A stretch of DNA of 64,000 nt, taken from NCBI GenBank assembly GCA_040954595.2, contig CM082594.2, positions 4,449,319 to 4,513,318 of the forward strand. Reading direction: 5' to 3'. A program made the position numbers and the translations under genes. Shown in pieces: positions 58,522 to 64,000 of the stretch (positions within the stretch are counted from its first letter, which is position 1; each line of letters begins with the position of its first letter). Origin of the DNA: Balanoglossus misakiensis. Taxonomy: Eukaryota; Animalia; Hemichordata. The notes beneath the pieces were generated by a model. It did no database searches. It was not told where the DNA came from and saw only the letters and a list, made by a program, of their open reading frames with translations.

Positions 58522-59514
58522 TTATGATGTTACTTGATGTGGACTGTTAGGGTGTACACGCTTGCAGAACAATCGTTTGTACGCTTCTCGCAAATCTTTG
58601 TTCTTTGCGTGTATCAGCGGATTCAAGACATTGCACACGTACATAAGGCCTCTGGAGACAACGAGACTTTGGAACTGGCAGTGTGTCTCAAGGTAAACTG
58701 CACTGGTCATAGCGAGCACCAACCCCGGCAGATATGACAGCAGAAATATTCCCAGAAGTGCGACGCTCTCTCGGATGGCCCGCAGTTCGTTCGCCGTCAG
58801 CCCCGGCCGCGGCGCCTGGTTTGCGGTCGACTGGCGGTGCAAGGCTTGGACGCGTCTGGTTTGCTGGCGCACGACCCGTACGATTTGGACGCTGGTGAAC
58901 AGAATGACGCCGACGGGTAGACCGATGACCAGGAAATGGCCGATATTGTTGGAGATGTTGTTCTCTAGCCTGTATTCTAAAATGCACGGGCGCATCTGTC
59001 CGTTCGTTGTCTTCAGCGAGGACAGGGGGAGCACTGCCGCCAGAACCCAGTTGAGACAAATCGCCGCGGTCGTGCGCCAGAAACTGAACAGTCGTGTGTA
59101 TTGCAGCGGGTGGTATATATACACGTATTTCTCGATGGATATCAACGACACAGCAAAAATGTAGTGGAAGCCGGCGATGCGAGGGTAGGCCGTGAACAGG
59201 ACGACGCAGTTGTAGTTTGTCTGGTATCCGCGAAACATGAACATCAAATTGAGCAGGCTGGCAAAGCCGTTCAACAGATTGCTGCATGTTATGTTCAGCA
59301 CGAGGACGTTGTGGATTTTCTGGCGGACGTTCTTGTACAAAAGAACGGCGACAAGAATCGGTATGTTTCCAAGAATAATTAAAACTGTCTCCAAGGTGAA
59401 AACAAGCCTGAAGAAATGTGCAACCGTTCTGGGAAGCTCCGGTATAAACCATGCATCTTCCTGAGACAGGTTGCCGGGTGAGATGGTCAGCGGCTCGGCA
59501 TCAGATATATTCAT
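58522..59514 (-). CDS. Intronless orphan class A (rhodopsin-like) GPCR, 330 aa
   Basis: Seven hydrophobic segments; N-glycosylation sequons near the N-terminus (NIS, NLS); TM1 GN; TM3 EKY (DRY variant) followed by HPLQY; TM4 W; TM6 SYLP; TM7 NPLIH; helix 8 DLREAYKRLF. First ATG is at 59514 (the track starts at a TTG, 59565). Confidence 0.9.
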   Translation of the reverse strand: MNISDAEPLTISPGNLSQEDAWFIPELPRTVAHFFRLVFTLETVLIILGNIPILVAVLLYKNVRQKIHNVLVLNITCSNLLNGFASLLNLMFMFRGYQTNYNCVVLFTAYPRIAGFHYIFAVSLISIEKYVYIYHPLQYTRLFSFWRTTAAICLNWVLAAVLPLSSLKTTNGQMRPCILEYRLENNISNNIGHFLVIGLPVGVILFTSVQIVRVVRQQTRRVQALHRQSTANQAPRPGLTANELRAIRESVALLGIFLLSYLPGLVLAMTSAVYLETHCQFQSLVVSRGLMYVCNVLNPLIHAKNKDLREAYKRLFCKRVHPNSPHQVTS

Positions 59515-61684
59515 TGTTGCTTCGCCTTGTCCCTTCGCGTCTCTTGGAGATAAATCTCTTACCAAATGCAGTTAAGTCTATCCGAGGATTGTCTACTAAA
59601 GACTTTTTCTCAAGAAGTGATATTTTATGGACTGAGAAAAAATTAAAATACAAGACGAAGTCTTGGTAATGACAGCCCCAGGAAAGAAAAAAAAACGCGG
59701 TGGATTGTTCGATCATCAAGCACGAAAGCGGAGAAAGGGAAAGCTTAGATAGAAATAATATATACACGTGGTAATTGTACGAATCCTGGTGGCGACTTGA
59801 TATTAAAAATGAAAAGTTAAAAGTATCGTATAACATAGTGAATTTTACCATAACAACTTTAACGTAAAAATAGCAAATTTGAAAATTAGGAGATAAAGTA
59901 TCCGGTGGAAACTTGTTAGGGAGGTTATTAAGCTAATGAAGTCGTATGTGACGAAACGGCGTTCCGCTACCACTCCCGTCGATAAACTAAAAAAATTAGG
60001 GATGGTCTCTCAAATGTCTTGCCGTTCATTATACATTTGTATAACTATAGTACATGTACATGGATCTATCCGAATTTATCCAAAGTTTCCACGAAAAGTG
60101 GAGATCTTGCAAATCGCATATTTTTTTACCGGGCACAAGGGAACAACATCTTTTTGAAACGGTACCTACAAGCAAAATTTAAATACCACGGTTAATAATT
60201 CACGTGAAGTTTTGTTCTGTGATGTATACGAGGCATGTCGGCTGAGATCAAATTACTGCGCATGCGCTCCTCTGTCGTTCCCATCAGCGCGAGTCAAATT
60301 AAATTCGATTCTTTGGGGGGAATTATTTAATTGGAAAGATTGGAAATGTAAATCGTAAACGCCGAGGAGCGTATCTATAATGCAGGAGACAGTGGGTAAT
60401 GTTTCATAGCCCAGCTTGCAAGCAATCGCAGGTTGTTAGGTATGACCAGTGCCCTATACAAAGTATCCTGAAGACAAGACAATGATAAGACACACGCCAA
60501 GACAAAATATGGAAAGCTAGGCAAAGCAGGATTGAAAAAAAATAAAATAAAACACGACAAAAACAAGACAAAGCATGACAAAATAAGACTAGTCAGGACT
60601 AGACTTGCCATGCGAAAGAATAACATCTCCACATAGGAAATTCAAATGCGCACGAACAAGCATCTGGAACGTTTCAAAAATGAACATAACATGAAACATG
60701 AAAAGTTAGCGCAATAACCTTGGATGAGTTGATATGAAGCAAAAACAACAAAGGGGTTGGAATTTAAAACAGAAATTTCAAGGTATATCTAGAATAGAAA
60801 ATCGCTAACAGACCGGAAAGAGGGAAATGGCGAGTGAGAATGACGTTGTTTATATACGGCACTCTCAGTCGCCCGGCCAATTCTACAGTACGCTATACTG
60901 TAGGTCTATCATACTGAGGATGGCTATAATCTACCAACATGCTGAGAAAGAGGTCTGTCTTGAACTTTTTCAAAGTATAGTGGATTCTTCTTCACGATTT
61001 TCAGTCTTTTTTACCATGAGCATCAGCCAATCGGTAGATGATGTTCTGCTTATTTGCAAAGGTCATTCGAAGAGTTGGATATGTAAATTAAAGGTGATTG
61101 CATAATTTGTAATTTGAGTTCAGAAGTAGGCCCCACAGTGTCAAGTTCCAAAAAAAAACATCCCATCCACAGTACATGTAGTATTTCCATTCCACACACT
61201 AGCAAATGCAAACACCGCCCTCCCCGGTGAAGTAAAGTGATCTGAGAGCGCTACTGGAGTAAAAGTCTGATGAGCCAACCAACAAACATACATGAAATAC
61301 TTTCAAAATGGTGGACAGCGACAGACAACAAACTTCAGCTGACAACCATCACAACCAAAAAATTTCCCTGCAGTTGTCACTTTCCTTGATAATTGTCAAC
61401 GTTATCTAATGAGGTTGGGATTTGGTGCGATAAAGGAACAGGCATTCCTCGACGACAGGCTTCTGCAATTATTGGAGAGTCAAATATTGATCGCCGTCGT
61501 CTTTTTTTGAACGTCCATCCTGTGGACGCACTGTAATCGACATATCTCGCTGTTTGTATCGCTTGGTGCGTTGTTCGCTAGCTTTGATCGTGGACAAGGT
61601 GGAAGTACCTTGTACGTTGACCACATATAAGCTTGACTCGGAATAGTATATCTCGCTAGGAGTATGTGATTTCCACAGAATGAA

Positions 61685-64000
61685 ATGGCGCAGGAAAGGC
61701 TTGACGTTATATCGCCAAACACTCTGACAGTTTTTGGAGGAGATGGAGACGAACGAATAGTAAACAGGTAAACTGTCGTATTCATTAAATAGTTCAGTCC
61801 GTGTAACTCTCGTCTCCGCTGACGCATCTGATGCGAAGTCTATATCATGCCGTGTGAAAACCTGTCATTCGTGCAGGGTTTCAGACAGGGCGATTCACCC
61901 TCAGCTCTGTTGACGCCCCCTAACATGAAATGATGTAATTGCCTATTCCCCCCAGCCAAAATTGAGCTACATGTACATGTAGAACTGTTTTGTGATGTAT
62001 GACATAGATATCAGTTAGCAACATTCAGTCGAATGTACACATAATATATTATTAGTATATCCCAGTAATCTACTGTCATTTTTCATTTTTAGACCTCCAC
62101 GTTCCCCATCTACAACATCATCAACATCCAGTCGACCAACAACTGGTAGGAAGTCCGCCGCCAAGGTGCGTTTCACAATTGTTTTTTTTTTAGCAGAAAG
62201 ATATTTTGAGATTATTTATGGCCTTACAACAGTCAGTCAAGACACTGACAGTGGAAAAAGTCAATCAGTTATGATATTACTTTGGTGTATGGTTCACTTT
62301 TCGTGTCACTCGTGTCTTACTAAACAATGTTGAGTCACCACTTGTAGTAGCTCAAGTTACTTTCAAGTTTCATGATGTAATTCCTATTATATTATACCAG
62401 TATATTGACGGTGTAAATCACGCTATTTGATTGGTCGAGACACGACACGTGACCGTGATATATTAGCCATATACCACAGTCATATATCATAGTCAAAGAA
62501 AATGCCTTTTTAAAATGTTTTATGCAAAGTTTCAACATACTGGCATAATATAATAGCAATAAAACACCCCAGCCATGGTATACCACTCGATTTTGACCAG
62601 TTCAACTCCATATACGCACTCGCTATCGCTTGTGCGTATATGTCGTGAACTGGTCAAAATCTCGTGGTATACCATGGCTGGGGGTGTTTTATTGCTTAAA
62701 TATTTGCCAGAATTAGTATTCATATATTATGTAAATGAAACGGCCACTCAAACAATTCAGAATTACCAGCACTCTGCAAAATAATCAAAATGAAAATATC
62801 GAAAAATAATATAAAAAACAGTAACTATCGTAATTTTGTTTGACTACAACAACAGCTATCAAGGGAAACAACCAGTCTTGAAGTTCTCCCTCCGGAAAGT
62901 AAGTTTTACCTCTATTTTTTACTCTTTCACTACAAGCGCAATTTTAATTTGGAATATTCCAAGTTTCATTGTGTGTGTAGTTCAGTTGGTTTTGGGTTTC
63001 CATCAGCTTTCAATAACCTGGGCATAAGTTGGCTTTGGATGTACAGTTTGAATCTGGAGTACATAAGAAGAGTTCACTGGATTATAAAGCATGACCCTTT
63101 ATGTCACCTTAACTTTTTGCATCTACATGTACCTTCCCTTAGGACATGAATGAATAGAATTTTAAGGCATTGTCTGCTTGCTAAAGGATTCTTGTTCATG
63201 TAAGGGTGACTGAAATCTTTTGTGTAGATTCATGTCGGGTCATGTTGTTGCAGCGAACAGACTAGACATCACAATACAATGTACCTTGCCGTGCAGCATA
63301 GTGTCGCCACCATGTTTTATTATGTTGTGCTGACAACTGGTGTCTGTTGGGAGTTTGCGCCAATCAATTCTGCTTCAGTCAGTATTTAATTGCCTGAGGG
63401 GAACACAGTGATTTACCCAGTGCTCATCTTGTCACCGAACACATCTGCACCAATTGGCTCACTCGCATGTCTTTAGCACTGTCACATGACTTCTTCAGCA
63501 TCCATTTTTCGTAGAATAAATTTTGCACGGTGACTGCAATTTTTATTCCAGTGTTCTCCCCAGGAGAATTAAGTTCTATTTTCTTCTCAAAATTAAAGAG
63601 TAGTTGCCACTACGCTTTAATTGCTCTGGGGAGAACACTGTATAAGACAGATTAATTTAAGTTGTGTTGAGCTAAATTTGAGAAAAGTTGTACTACCTCA
63701 ATCAAGAAAATCAGTTGGTATCCTTATCCACTTGTTAATGTTTTCATTTTGGCAACTCCCCCTTGATCAACAGATGAAGAGAAGAAGAAAAAGCCACCGA
63801 AACTGCAGCAGCAGCCCAGCAGCCGATCGTCCAGTCTAGACTCGGGCAGCAAGGCGAAATCAGGCGGTTCCAGGTCCGTCTCCCGCAGCAGCGACAAAGC
63901 CACAGCAGCCGAGACGGAGGCAATAGAACGGTGCAATAGTACGGGGAGCATTGACGAGAACTCCCGGCCACCAACCAGACAGATAATACTGCCAACGGTC
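61685..64000 (+). CDS. 5' part of an unidentified spliced gene with a Ser/Lys/Pro-rich disordered N-terminus (continues past the window)
   Basis: Phase-consistent GT-AG exons: 61685-61767, 62093-62165, 62856-62898, 63774-64000+. Protein: MAQERLDVISPNTLTVFGGDGDERIVNRPPRSPSTTSSTSSRPTTGRKSAAKLSRETTSLEVLPPENEEKKKKPPKLQQQPSSRSSSLDSGSKAK... An acceptor ends at 61678, so further upstream exons are possible. Confidence 0.65.
62389..62702. mobile_element. Non-autonomous element with a ~140-bp terminal hairpin (Crypton-like)
   Basis: Palindrome 62555-62697 (gcaataaaacaccccagccatggtataccac...gtggtataccatggctgggggtgttttattgc), preceded by tattataccagtatattgacgg...ttgattggt...gccatataccac. The family assignment is from recalled resemblance only. 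Confidence 0.55.

Noticed and set aside
58522-59565. GPCR as an opsin beside prominin (a photoreceptor module)
   Set aside because: Position 7.43 is Tyr, not the retinal-binding Lys.

Overview
This window is eukaryotic (animal) genomic DNA, not prokaryotic. It has an AT-rich background, GT-AG introns, long microsatellites and several MITEs. The abundant TACATGTA motif and gene content suggest a marine invertebrate, but I cannot identify the species. Manual splicing gives: (1) a 7-exon, 173-aa four-TM LAPTM/DUF4728-like gene (- strand); (2) three SSUH2 paralogs with matching exon structure (A -, B +, C -), each with six DnaJ-type CxxCxGxG repeats and a Cys-rich CaaX end; (3) two tandem prominin genes whose whole CDS is a single exon, lying between SSUH2-A and SSUH2-B; (4) an intronless orphan class-A GPCR; (5) the 5' part of an unidentified Ser/Lys-rich spliced gene running off the right edge. 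The most unusual features are the intronless prominin pair (one with a ~190-aa acidic tail beyond a rhodopsin-like VAPA motif) and the co-occurrence of PPxY/PSAP, VxP and CaaX motifs across the cluster. The latter suggests, but does not prove, a cilia/microvillus vesicle-shedding module. Most short ORFs in the supplied track are microsatellite, antisense or chance artefacts. Exon coordinates were read by eye.
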